From assembly GCA_030830865.1 (NCBI GenBank), contig JAURME010000119.1, forward strand, positions 10,532-74,531: 64,000 bases of DNA, written 5' to 3'. Positions within the stretch are counted from its first letter, which is position 1. Every line of letters starts with the position of its first letter. The notes beneath the pieces are model-generated. The model saw only the letters and a list, made by a program, of their open reading frames with translations, made no database searches and was not told the origin of the DNA. This DNA comes from Candidatus Nanopelagicales bacterium (lineage in GTDB: Bacteria > Actinomycetota > Actinomycetes > S36-B12). Shown here piece after piece: positions 9,844 to 16,955 of the stretch. A program made the translations under genes and the position numbers.

Positions 9844-10899
9844 GTGCGACGTCTGATCGCCATCCTTTCCGGCACCGCCATCGCGGCCAGCACCGTCGCG
9901 CTCGCCGTCCCGGCCAGCGCAGCTGAGACCGTCCCCGGCGGCGGCGCGTCCTTCCCCCAGCCCTTCCTGCAGGCCTGCCTCAGCGACTTCAATGCCTCGC
10001 AGAAGAACTTCACCGTCTCGTACCAGTCGACCGGCTCCGGCACCGGCAAGAAGAACTTCACCAGCGGCCAGTTCGTGTTCGCGCAGACCGACAGCAAGTA
10101 CTCCGGTGGTGAGCCCACCTTCGGCTGGGAGTACATCCCGAACATCGGCGGCGCGGTCGCGTTTCCGATCAATCTGACCAACGCCAAGACCAAGCGCTCC
10201 CTGGGCTCCTCGATCCAGTTGAAGCAGACCACGCTGGCCAAGATCATGGGCGGCCAGATCACCTCCTGGCGCGATCCGGAGATCCTCAAGGACAACCCGC
10301 GCATCGCGTCGGCCATCCCGAACGAGAAGATCACCGTCGTCTACCGCAGCGACGCCTCGGGCACCTCGAACAACACCCTCCAGTACCTGAACGCCTGGGC
10401 ACCCACGATCTTCTCGAAGGTCCAGGACGACTTCGGCACCGCGTTCCCCGGTGGCAAGCCCCCGGCCAGCTCGCTCTCCGGCAAGGGCAACCCGGCCGTC
10501 CTGTCGAACGTCGCGGCCACCCCGGGTGCGATCGGTTACGTCGACTTCGGTGACGCCAAGGGCTACCCGTCGGCTCGCATCCAGAACGCGATGGGCGAGT
10601 TCGTCGCTCCGTCGTCTGCGTCTGCCGGCAAGAACCTCGCCAACCAGACCAACGTCGGCAGCAACGGCCTTATCACCCTCGACTACAAGGTGAAGGCCAC
10701 GGGTGCCTACCCGGTCGCCATCTTCAGCTACGGCCTCGCCCGCACGGATGGCAAGGGCCCGAACGGCCTCGGCGTCCGTCAGTTCCAGGACTACGTCCTC
10801 GCCAAGTGCGGCCCGTCCAAGGCTGCCAGCCTCGGGTACGTGCCGGTCGGCGGCAAGGTGCTCGCCAAGGCGCGCCAGCTCGTCCAGAACATCAAGTAG
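9844..10899 (+). CDS. pstS: phosphate-binding protein PstS (Sec signal peptide)
   Basis: GTG at 9844 lies 6 nt after GAAGGAG, in frame with track ORF 9772..10899. Signal peptide ...ALAVPASAAE. Phosphate-binding motifs STGSGTGKKNF and YRSDASGTSNN. Confidence 0.88.
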   Translation: MRRLIAILSGTAIAASTVALAVPASAAETVPGGGASFPQPFLQACLSDFNASQKNFTVSYQSTGSGTGKKNFTSGQFVFAQTDSKYSGGEPTFGWEYIPNIGGAVAFPINLTNAKTKRSLGSSIQLKQTTLAKIMGGQITSWRDPEILKDNPRIASAIPNEKITVVYRSDASGTSNNTLQYLNAWAPTIFSKVQDDFGTAFPGGKPPASSLSGKGNPAVLSNVAATPGAIGYVDFGDAKGYPSARIQNAMGEFVAPSSASAGKNLANQTNVGSNGLITLDYKVKATGAYPVAIFSYGLARTDGKGPNGLGVRQFQDYVLAKCGPSKAASLGYVPVGGKVLAKARQLVQNIK

Positions 10900-10946
10900 C
10901 ACCTGCACCACTCATCAACAACTGATCAGCACGAAAGGTTGGGGCG

Positions 10947-12140
10947 ATGCCTCGGTTGTCCACGCGAAACCGAGGCATCGCCCTCGCCTCGTTCGCAGCG
11001 GGAATCCCGCTGCTGCTCGCGGCCTGCACGCCCCCGATGCCGCCGGACGTCCTCGCCGCGGTGGCCGAGTCGCAGATCACGTGCCAGTCCGGTGACGTCT
11101 CGGTGGCCGTGCCTGAGGAGTTCGCGGGCAGCATGTCGGCGGTCGGGATGGCTCTCGGCGGCGTCTGCCCCGATCAGACGGTGACGGAGGTCTTCGTCGG
11201 TGACCCGGCTCCGGTCTACATCACATCGGGCACGCCCACCGCTGACGAGGTGAGCGCCTTCGCGTCCACCCAGTGCAGCGCAGGAACCCCCATCACTATC
11301 CCGGCGTTCGGCTACCAGGTCACCGCGGGCTTCAACGTGATCGGTCTCGAGGGCCTGCTCATGACCCCCGAGATCATCGCCGGCATCCTCAACGGCACCA
11401 TCACCTCCTTCGAGGATCCCCTCATCGTGGCGGCCAACGAGGGCTATGACCTCACGCTGCTCCCGGAGATCGCGGTGATGAGCCTCGATACCCCTCAGGG
11501 ATCCGTGCAGGCCATGACCGCCTGGCTGGCCCAGGAGGTCCCCGACCAGTGGACCCAGGGCGAGGTCGGCACCCTCGATATCGGGGAGAAGTTCGCCACC
11601 TCCCAGGAGCTGCTGGACGCCATGTACTCCGCCGATGCGACGTTCGCGATCCTTCCCACGTCGACTGTCGTAGCAGCCGGTCTTGCCCCGGCCAGCCTCC
11701 CGGTCCACGTGAAGAACGATGACGGCAGTGCCGGCGAGATGGTGGTCATCAGCCCGGATGACACCCAGCTGTCCAAGGTGGGCGCCGGCGCCACCACAGT
11801 CACCACCGACGAGGCGGGCAACATGATCGCCTCGGCAGCGGTCGGCGGAGTGCCGAACGCGGAGTCCTTCGACCTGGCGTCGTCCAAGGTCGTGCTGCAG
11901 GAGGGCCAAGCCGTTGCCGGTTGGCCGGTCATCGGCATGGCCCACGCCCTCGTGTGCGACACCCCCGATGATCCGCTGCCGCTGTCCTTCGCCCAGTACC
12001 TCGTGCGCCTCGCTGGCCAGGGCTCCCTCGAGGGCTACGGACTGGTGCCGCTGCCGGAGCCCATCCGCTTCGCGACCTTCACCCCGCTGAAGGTCACCGT
12101 GGATCCTGAGGCGATCCAGGACGGCGACACCGCCCGCTGA
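10947..12140 (+). CDS. lipoprotein with a divergent PstS/PBP-like (type 2 periplasmic binding) domain
   Basis: Lipobox LLLAAC. The segment LMTPEIIAGILNGTITSFEDPLIVAANEG parallels PstS LKQTTLAKIMGGQITSWRDPEILKDNP. The RSDASGT anion-binding motif is not conserved (MSLDTPQGS). Confidence 0.6.
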   Translation: MPRLSTRNRGIALASFAAGIPLLLAACTPPMPPDVLAAVAESQITCQSGDVSVAVPEEFAGSMSAVGMALGGVCPDQTVTEVFVGDPAPVYITSGTPTADEVSAFASTQCSAGTPITIPAFGYQVTAGFNVIGLEGLLMTPEIIAGILNGTITSFEDPLIVAANEGYDLTLLPEIAVMSLDTPQGSVQAMTAWLAQEVPDQWTQGEVGTLDIGEKFATSQELLDAMYSADATFAILPTSTVVAAGLAPASLPVHVKNDDGSAGEMVVISPDDTQLSKVGAGATTVTTDEAGNMIASAAVGGVPNAESFDLASSKVVLQEGQAVAGWPVIGMAHALVCDTPDDPLPLSFAQYLVRLAGQGSLEGYGLVPLPEPIRFATFTPLKVTVDPEAIQDGDTAR

Positions 12141-12203
12141 CAGGCCGTGCACGGTCGACCAGAGGCGACCGAGCTCGAGCGGACCAGAGGTGAGGTGCCG
12201 CTG

Positions 12204-12713
12204 CTAGATGAACAGCAGTTGGGCTCCGTCGGTCATCTCGATGAACTCCGTGGCGTTGATGATGCCGTCGACCCCATCCCAGAGGTCCCCTTCACTCAGG
12301 TGGTTCATGTCCGCACTGAGCTTGCACGCCCAGACGTGGGCGCCGGACGCCTTGATGATCTCCAGGAACTCCGGAACCTCGGGGATCTCGAGGTCATCGA
12401 GCGACTTGTGCATCATGTGCGTCGCCATGGAGGTCATACCCGGCACGGGTGCGAGGGCTGCCGGAATGTGGGCGGCCGGATTCCCCACCGGAGAGAACTT
12501 CAGGTGCTCCATGCGGCCCTTGGTGATGATGTCGAAGCCCCAGAAGGTGAAGAACAGATGCACGTTCACACCTTCACCCAGGGCGGCGTTGCCGAGGATC
12601 AGGCCCGGGTAGGCCATGTCCAGACTGCCCTTGGAGCAGATGATCGCCAGGGTGCGGTCGGTCTCGACCTCATCGTCGAACGACGGGACGATGAGGTCCT
12701 GTGTCGCGGTCAT
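12204..12713 (-). CDS. DsrE/DsrF/DsrH-like sulfur-relay family protein (DrsE_2 type)
   Basis: ATG at 12713 inside track ORF 12204..12968. Family-typical motifs are LAIICSKGSLDMAYPGLILGNAA, FFTFWG, HVWACKLS (conserved Cys) and the C-terminal LLFI. Confidence 0.75.
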   Translation of the reverse strand: MTATQDLIVPSFDDEVETDRTLAIICSKGSLDMAYPGLILGNAALGEGVNVHLFFTFWGFDIITKGRMEHLKFSPVGNPAAHIPAALAPVPGMTSMATHMMHKSLDDLEIPEVPEFLEIIKASGAHVWACKLSADMNHLSEGDLWDGVDGIINATEFIEMTDGAQLLFI

Positions 12714-12724
12714 CGTGGTACCTC

Positions 12725-13039
12725 TCAGACGCAGCCGGCGGGCTTGGGCAGCCCAGCGATGTAGGCCATCTTCTTGGCCGGCTTCTTGGGGAACAGTTGG
12801 AACAGGCGCTTGGTGTCGACACCACCGGCGGTCGAGACGCGCCGGATCGTGGGAGTCGTGCCCTGCGCCTTGAAATCGTCGCGCAGGAAGCGGATGACCG
12901 CCCAGTGCTCGTCGGTCATGTCGACGCCGATGGCCTCGGCGAGGGCCTTGGCGGTGACCTCGTCCCACTCGTCGTAGACGGTCATGAAGCCCTCGTCGTC
13001 AACGGTGACGTCGTGGCCAGCGATGGTGGTGGTAGGCAT
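12725..13039 (-). CDS. TusE/DsrC-family sulfur carrier
   Basis: 104 aa. Has the invariant flexible C-terminal arm ...GLPKPAGCV with a penultimate Cys. The second (CysB) cysteine of true DsrC is absent. Confidence 0.8.
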   Translation of the reverse strand: MPTTTIAGHDVTVDDEGFMTVYDEWDEVTAKALAEAIGVDMTDEHWAVIRFLRDDFKAQGTTPTIRRVSTAGGVDTKRLFQLFPKKPAKKMAYIAGLPKPAGCV

Positions 13040-13076
13040 GATGTTCTCCTTGTTCTGCCGTGGTGCGGAAGGGTGG

Positions 13077-14327
13077 CTACGTGCCGGCGCCGACGAGGTC
13101 GGTGCGCTTGCCGGCGGTGGACATGAGGGGTGGCAGGCCCATGGGTCGACCGGGGATGAGGATGTTCCAGTACATCCAGCGGAAGGCGAGCTTGCCCAGG
13201 TGGTTCAGGTGGGTCTGCTTGAGCAGGCTCATCGGGCCGACACCGGCGACTGGGTACTTGCCGGGCAGTGGCTCCCAGTCGTAGTTGAAGTCGATGAGCA
13301 TGGCCTTCTTGTCGCCGGTCTCGATGAAGCAGTTGGCATGCCCGTCGAACCGGTGCGTCATCTCCTGGCCCGCGATGTACTGCAGGAAGTTCTCCACGAA
13401 GATGTCGATCTCGAAGTGCGCGACGGAACCGGCCTTGGAGGCCGGGATGTCGTTGGCGTCGCCCAGGGCGAAGATGTTGTCGTACGCCTTCGACTGCTGG
13501 GTGAACTTGTCGACCGGCACGAGGTTGATCTCGTTGCCGAGACCTGACCGGGCGACGTAGTCGGCGCCCATGTTCAACGGGATCGTCACCAGCAGGTCGA
13601 AGGGGACCTCCCGCTCGTCGTAGGAGACGAGGGCCTTCTTCTCGTTGTCGATCTCCATGAGCATGAAGTCGGGCTCGACTGCGATGCCCTTCTCGTCCAG
13701 GGTGTCGCCGAATGCCTGGGCTGCGATCGGCTTGGTGAAGGCGCCGGGCAGCGGGGTCACGTAGACCATCTCGACCCTGTCGCGCATGCCCCTCTCCTTG
13801 AAGAAGGAATCGGCGAGGAAGGAGAACTCCAGCGGTGCGACCGGGCACTTGATTGGCATCTCGACGATGTTGATGACCAGGCGACCGCCCTCCCAGTTCT
13901 CGAGCTTCTTGGCCAGCCTCACCGAGCCGTCGTAGGTGTAGAACTCGTGGACGCTGTCACCCCACTGCTCACCGAGCATGCCGTCGGTCTGCTCAGGTCG
14001 CGGGCTGACACCGGTCGCGATGATCAGGACGTCGTAGTCCAGTCGCCGGCCGTCGGTGAGCAGGACCGCGTTCTCGTCGGGCTCGACCCTGTCGATCTCT
14101 CCGTAGACCAGCGGGACGTCCTTGTTCAGGTTCGCCCGACGGCTCTTGGTGATCTGCGTCGGCGTGTATGTGCCGAAGGGCACGAACAGGTAGCCGGGCT
14201 GGTAGCGGTGGTTGTCGTCCGCATCGACGACGGTGACCTCCCAGTCGGACTCGGGCAGCTTTCTCCGCAGTTTGTTGGCCGAGATGGTTCCGGCGGTTCC
14301 CCCGCCGAGGATCAGCAACTTCTTCAT
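13077..14327 (-). CDS. FAD-dependent sulfide:quinone oxidoreductase-like protein
   Basis: ATG at 14327 (MKKLLILGGGTAGT Rossmann) preferred over the Pro/Arg-rich extension to 14387. Has SQR-type cysteines in context (PIKCPVAPLEF, GHANCFIETG), ALGDAN, and an amphipathic C-terminus. Confidence 0.8.
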   Translation of the reverse strand: MKKLLILGGGTAGTISANKLRRKLPESDWEVTVVDADDNHRYQPGYLFVPFGTYTPTQITKSRRANLNKDVPLVYGEIDRVEPDENAVLLTDGRRLDYDVLIIATGVSPRPEQTDGMLGEQWGDSVHEFYTYDGSVRLAKKLENWEGGRLVINIVEMPIKCPVAPLEFSFLADSFFKERGMRDRVEMVYVTPLPGAFTKPIAAQAFGDTLDEKGIAVEPDFMLMEIDNEKKALVSYDEREVPFDLLVTIPLNMGADYVARSGLGNEINLVPVDKFTQQSKAYDNIFALGDANDIPASKAGSVAHFEIDIFVENFLQYIAGQEMTHRFDGHANCFIETGDKKAMLIDFNYDWEPLPGKYPVAGVGPMSLLKQTHLNHLGKLAFRWMYWNILIPGRPMGLPPLMSTAGKRTDLVGAGT

Positions 14328-14390
14328 GTCACGAGCGTGACACGGGAGTGGATCCCGGTCATGGGGCCGAAGTGCGGGACTTGGCATGAC

Positions 14391-14427
14391 GAAGGTCCCC
14401 GTCCGTGGGATCGGATCGGGGACCTTC
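14391..14427 (-). terminator. 10-bp perfect stem-loop between the repeat array and the SQR gene (terminator or regulatory hairpin)
   Basis: GAAGGTCCCC (14391-14400) pairs with GGGGACCTTC (14418-14427), with a 17-nt loop. There is no U-tract. Confidence 0.35.
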
Positions 14428-14436
14428 GGTGGTATC

Positions 14437-14506
14437 GCTGCGGGTCAGGCGCTGCGGGTCAGGCGCTGCGGGTCAGGCGCTGCGGGTCAGGCGCTGTGGG
14501 GCAGGG
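14437..14506. repeat. 14-bp tandem repeat, 4 perfect copies plus 1 degenerate copy
   Basis: GCTGCGGGTCAGGC occurs at 14437, 14451, 14465 and 14479, then GCTGTGGGGCAGGG at 14493. The stop codon of the 80-aa ORF (14487-14489) lies in the fourth copy. Confidence 0.9.
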
Positions 14507-14729
14507 CCTCGTCCATCTGGTCGGCGAGGGTGGCCAGTCGCTGGTGCATCTCCCCGTACTCGAGGGCCTCGTCGATGTAGGGGGTGTCGAACTCGGCGCC
14601 GCAGCGGCACTCGAGCACGAAACGGCACTTCTCGTAGCTGAACGACGAGGTCACCCGATGCCGCTCCTCATGGAGGGGAGCGGCCAGCTCGGTGAGGTGG
14701 CGATCGCGACGAAGGAAGCGCAGATTCAT
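14487..14729 (-). CDS. hypothetical 80-aa Cys/His-containing protein
   Basis: The ORF has very high third-position GC, consistent with coding. It contains CRFVLECRCG plus several His residues. I recognise no family. Confidence 0.5.
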   Translation of the reverse strand: MNLRFLRRDRHLTELAAPLHEERHRVTSSFSYEKCRFVLECRCGAEFDTPYIDEALEYGEMHQRLATLADQMDEALPHSA

Positions 14730-14733
14730 GGGA

Positions 14734-14817
14734 CTACGCCGCCTGGTCCTCGGTGGCTCGATCAGTGAGCAGATCGGTGATCCGACGCTCGGTACGGAAC
14801 GGGAAGGGGAGCTTCAT
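14734..14817 (-). CDS. possible 27-aa micro-ORF (MKLPFPFRTERRITDLLTDRATEDQAA)
   Basis: ATG is preceded by AGGTG. The stop lies 4 nt before the start of the 80-aa ORF. GC3 is high. It is below the track length cut-off and speculative. Confidence 0.2.
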   Translation of the reverse strand: MKLPFPFRTERRITDLLTDRATEDQAA

Positions 14818-14956
14818 GGCACACCTACTCTCGTGGGGGCACTCGTCAGAGTTGCCGTCTGGAGGCCCAAGGGTAGCACTGATGCGACACTTTTGTGAAA
14901 CCCGGTGTTACCGACCCGTTCACTTTCTGTTCATCTTGTGAGGGAGAACCCGGGTC

Positions 14957-15457
14957 TCAGTAGCCGCCATTGGCCTTGTAGCGGTCCCAGGAGGCGTGGA
15001 TCTCCCTCTCGGCATCGGCGCGCCCCACCCACGTGGCCCCCTCGACGCTCTTGCCGGGCTCGAGGTCCTTGTAGACCTCGAAGAAGTGCTGGATCTCCAG
15101 GCGGTCGAACTCGGCCACGTGGTGGATGTCGCGCAGGTGCTCCAGACGGGGGTCACCCGCGGGCACGCACAGGACCTTGTCGTCGCCGCCGGCCTCATCG
15201 GTCATGCGGAACATGCCCACGGCCCGGCAGGTGATGACCACACCGGGGAAGGTCGGCTCCTGCACGAGCACGAGGGCGTCGAGGGGATCTCCATCCAGGC
15301 CCAGGGAGTCGTCGATGAACCCGTAGTCATGCGGGTAGCGGGTCGCGGTGAAGAGCATGCGGTCAAGACGGATCCGGCCGGTGCGGTGGTCGATCTCGTA
15401 CTTATTGCGGCTGCCGGCCGGGATCTCGATGGTCACGTCGAAGGTCAGCGGTTCCAT
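14957..15457 (-). CDS. ppa: inorganic pyrophosphatase (family I)
   Basis: [13 protein letters not shown] and [10 protein letters not shown] motifs; 166 aa. Confidence 0.95.
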   Translation of the reverse strand: MEPLTFDVTIEIPAGSRNKYEIDHRTGRIRLDRMLFTATRYPHDYGFIDDSLGLDGDPLDALVLVQEPTFPGVVITCRAVGMFRMTDEAGGDDKVLCVPAGDPRLEHLRDIHHVAEFDRLEIQHFFEVYKDLEPGKSVEGATWVGRADAEREIHASWDRYKANGGY

Positions 15458-15559
15458 GGGTTCCTCCCTGTGGCCCAGCGGTGCAGTGATCCCCTCGGGT
15501 CTCCCGTCGGCGCCACCTGTGTGCCCTAGTGTTCCCTACCGGGACACACGGGAGGGACG

Positions 15560-16915
15560 TTGAGTCAGGTGATCCGTGGGAAGGCGACAAAAGTCGCCGC
15601 AGGGTGCGCCGCCGCCCTGTCCGCCGGACTGGCCGCGAGCGTCCTCCACGCCCCTGTCGTGATGGGAGCCGACACGGTCCCACCGCCGTCGACCGCACCC
15701 GTGCTCGCACCGGCGCCCGTGTCGACCGGCGCTGCCCCCACCCCGGCGGGTGTCCGGGGCCGAGTGGGGATGCTCGTCACCAAGCAGCTCAAGGGCGCCT
15801 CGGTCCTCGTGGTCGACCCCGCCACCGGGACCGTGCTGGTCGACCAGCGCGGTGCCCGACCGCGCATCCCCGCCTCGACCGTCAAGCTCGCAACGGCAGC
15901 CGCCGCTCTGGATGCGCTCGGGCCGACGACGACGCTGCCCACCATCGCCTACCGCGATGACAAGAAGGTCTATCTCGTCGGCAGCGGAGATCCGACCCTC
16001 GCGCGCAAGAAGGGTGGCGATCCCGCATCCGGCGGCCGGCCGTCCCTGACGGACCTGGCCAAGGCGGTCGCTGCGGACTACGGCACCCAGACTGCCGTCC
16101 AAGTCATCTACGACGCGTCCGCCTTCACCGGACCCGGACTCGGACCCGGCTGGTCGTCGTCCTTCCCCAAGGTCGGGGTGGCTGCCCCGGTGAGCGCCCT
16201 CGTCGTCGACGGCGGGCGGGTGCGCCCCGGTGCGAAGTCGCGCGTCCAGGATCCGGCCCGCCAGGCGGCGGACGTCTTCGCCTCCCTGCTCAAGTCCGAG
16301 GGGCTGAAGGTCCGCTCGGTGAGGTCCGGCTCGCTCGATCCGGCTGCGACGGAGGTCGCCCGGGTCGAGTCGGCGAGCATCGCCGACATCGTCGAGCGCA
16401 CGCTCACCGACTCCGACAACGACTACGCCGAGGCCCTGGCGCATCTGGTCGGCGGCAAGGTCCTCGGCCGACCGGACTTCGCCGGGGGCGCCGAGGCCAC
16501 CATCGCGACATTGGAGAAGCTCGGGGTCGACACCACCGGCATGAAGCTGTCCGACGGCAGCGGTCTGTCCCGCCGGGACCGCATGCCCGCGACGGCGCTG
16601 GCGTCCATCCTCACCGCCGTGGTGACGGCGACCGACCCCGACCTCGTGTCCGTTGCCTCCGGGCTGCCGGTGGCGGGTCTCACCGGGACCCTCGCCGGGC
16701 GCTTTGGGACGACGGCCACCAAGGCCGGGCGCGGCTTCGTGCATGCCAAGACCGGCACCCTTACCGGCGTCACGAGCCTGGCCGGCACCGTCCTCGACGC
16801 CGACGGCCGCACCCTTGTCTTCGCGATGCTGGACGACAAGGTGCGGTCGATCGCCAAGGTCCGCGAGACCATGGACGTCGTCGCCAGCCGCCTTGCCGGT
16901 TGCGGCTGCAGCTGA
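15560..16915 (+). CDS. dacB: D-alanyl-D-alanine carboxypeptidase/endopeptidase (PBP4, S13 family)
   Basis: Signal peptide. SxxK (ASTVKL), SxN (DSDNDYA) and KTG (KTGTL) motifs. TTG start at 15560 after GGGAGGGA; an in-frame GTG at 15569 is an alternative. Confidence 0.85.
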   Translation: MSQVIRGKATKVAAGCAAALSAGLAASVLHAPVVMGADTVPPPSTAPVLAPAPVSTGAAPTPAGVRGRVGMLVTKQLKGASVLVVDPATGTVLVDQRGARPRIPASTVKLATAAAALDALGPTTTLPTIAYRDDKKVYLVGSGDPTLARKKGGDPASGGRPSLTDLAKAVAADYGTQTAVQVIYDASAFTGPGLGPGWSSSFPKVGVAAPVSALVVDGGRVRPGAKSRVQDPARQAADVFASLLKSEGLKVRSVRSGSLDPAATEVARVESASIADIVERTLTDSDNDYAEALAHLVGGKVLGRPDFAGGAEATIATLEKLGVDTTGMKLSDGSGLSRRDRMPATALASILTAVVTATDPDLVSVASGLPVAGLTGTLAGRFGTTATKAGRGFVHAKTGTLTGVTSLAGTVLDADGRTLVFAMLDDKVRSIAKVRETMDVVASRLAGCGCS

Positions 16916-16955
16916 CCACCGACCCGAATCCGCCACCACCCGACAAGGAGCACGC

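Noticed and set aside
13077-14387. 20-codon N-terminal extension of the SQR-like gene (MPSPALRPHDRDPLPCHARD).
   Set aside because: The Rossmann GxGxxG motif normally sits within the first ~12 residues. The extension is Pro/Arg-rich and overlaps the hairpin. The start at 14327 is preferred, although it lacks a clear SD.
14437-14506. Whether the 14-bp repeat array could be a CRISPR array.
   Set aside because: The units are directly adjacent with no spacers and are far too short, and no cas genes are present. It is a simple tandem repeat.
14941-14960. Near-palindrome GAGAACCCGGGTCTC at the ppa stop as a terminator.
   Set aside because: There is no loop (a single central base) and one mismatch, so it cannot form a stable RNA hairpin.
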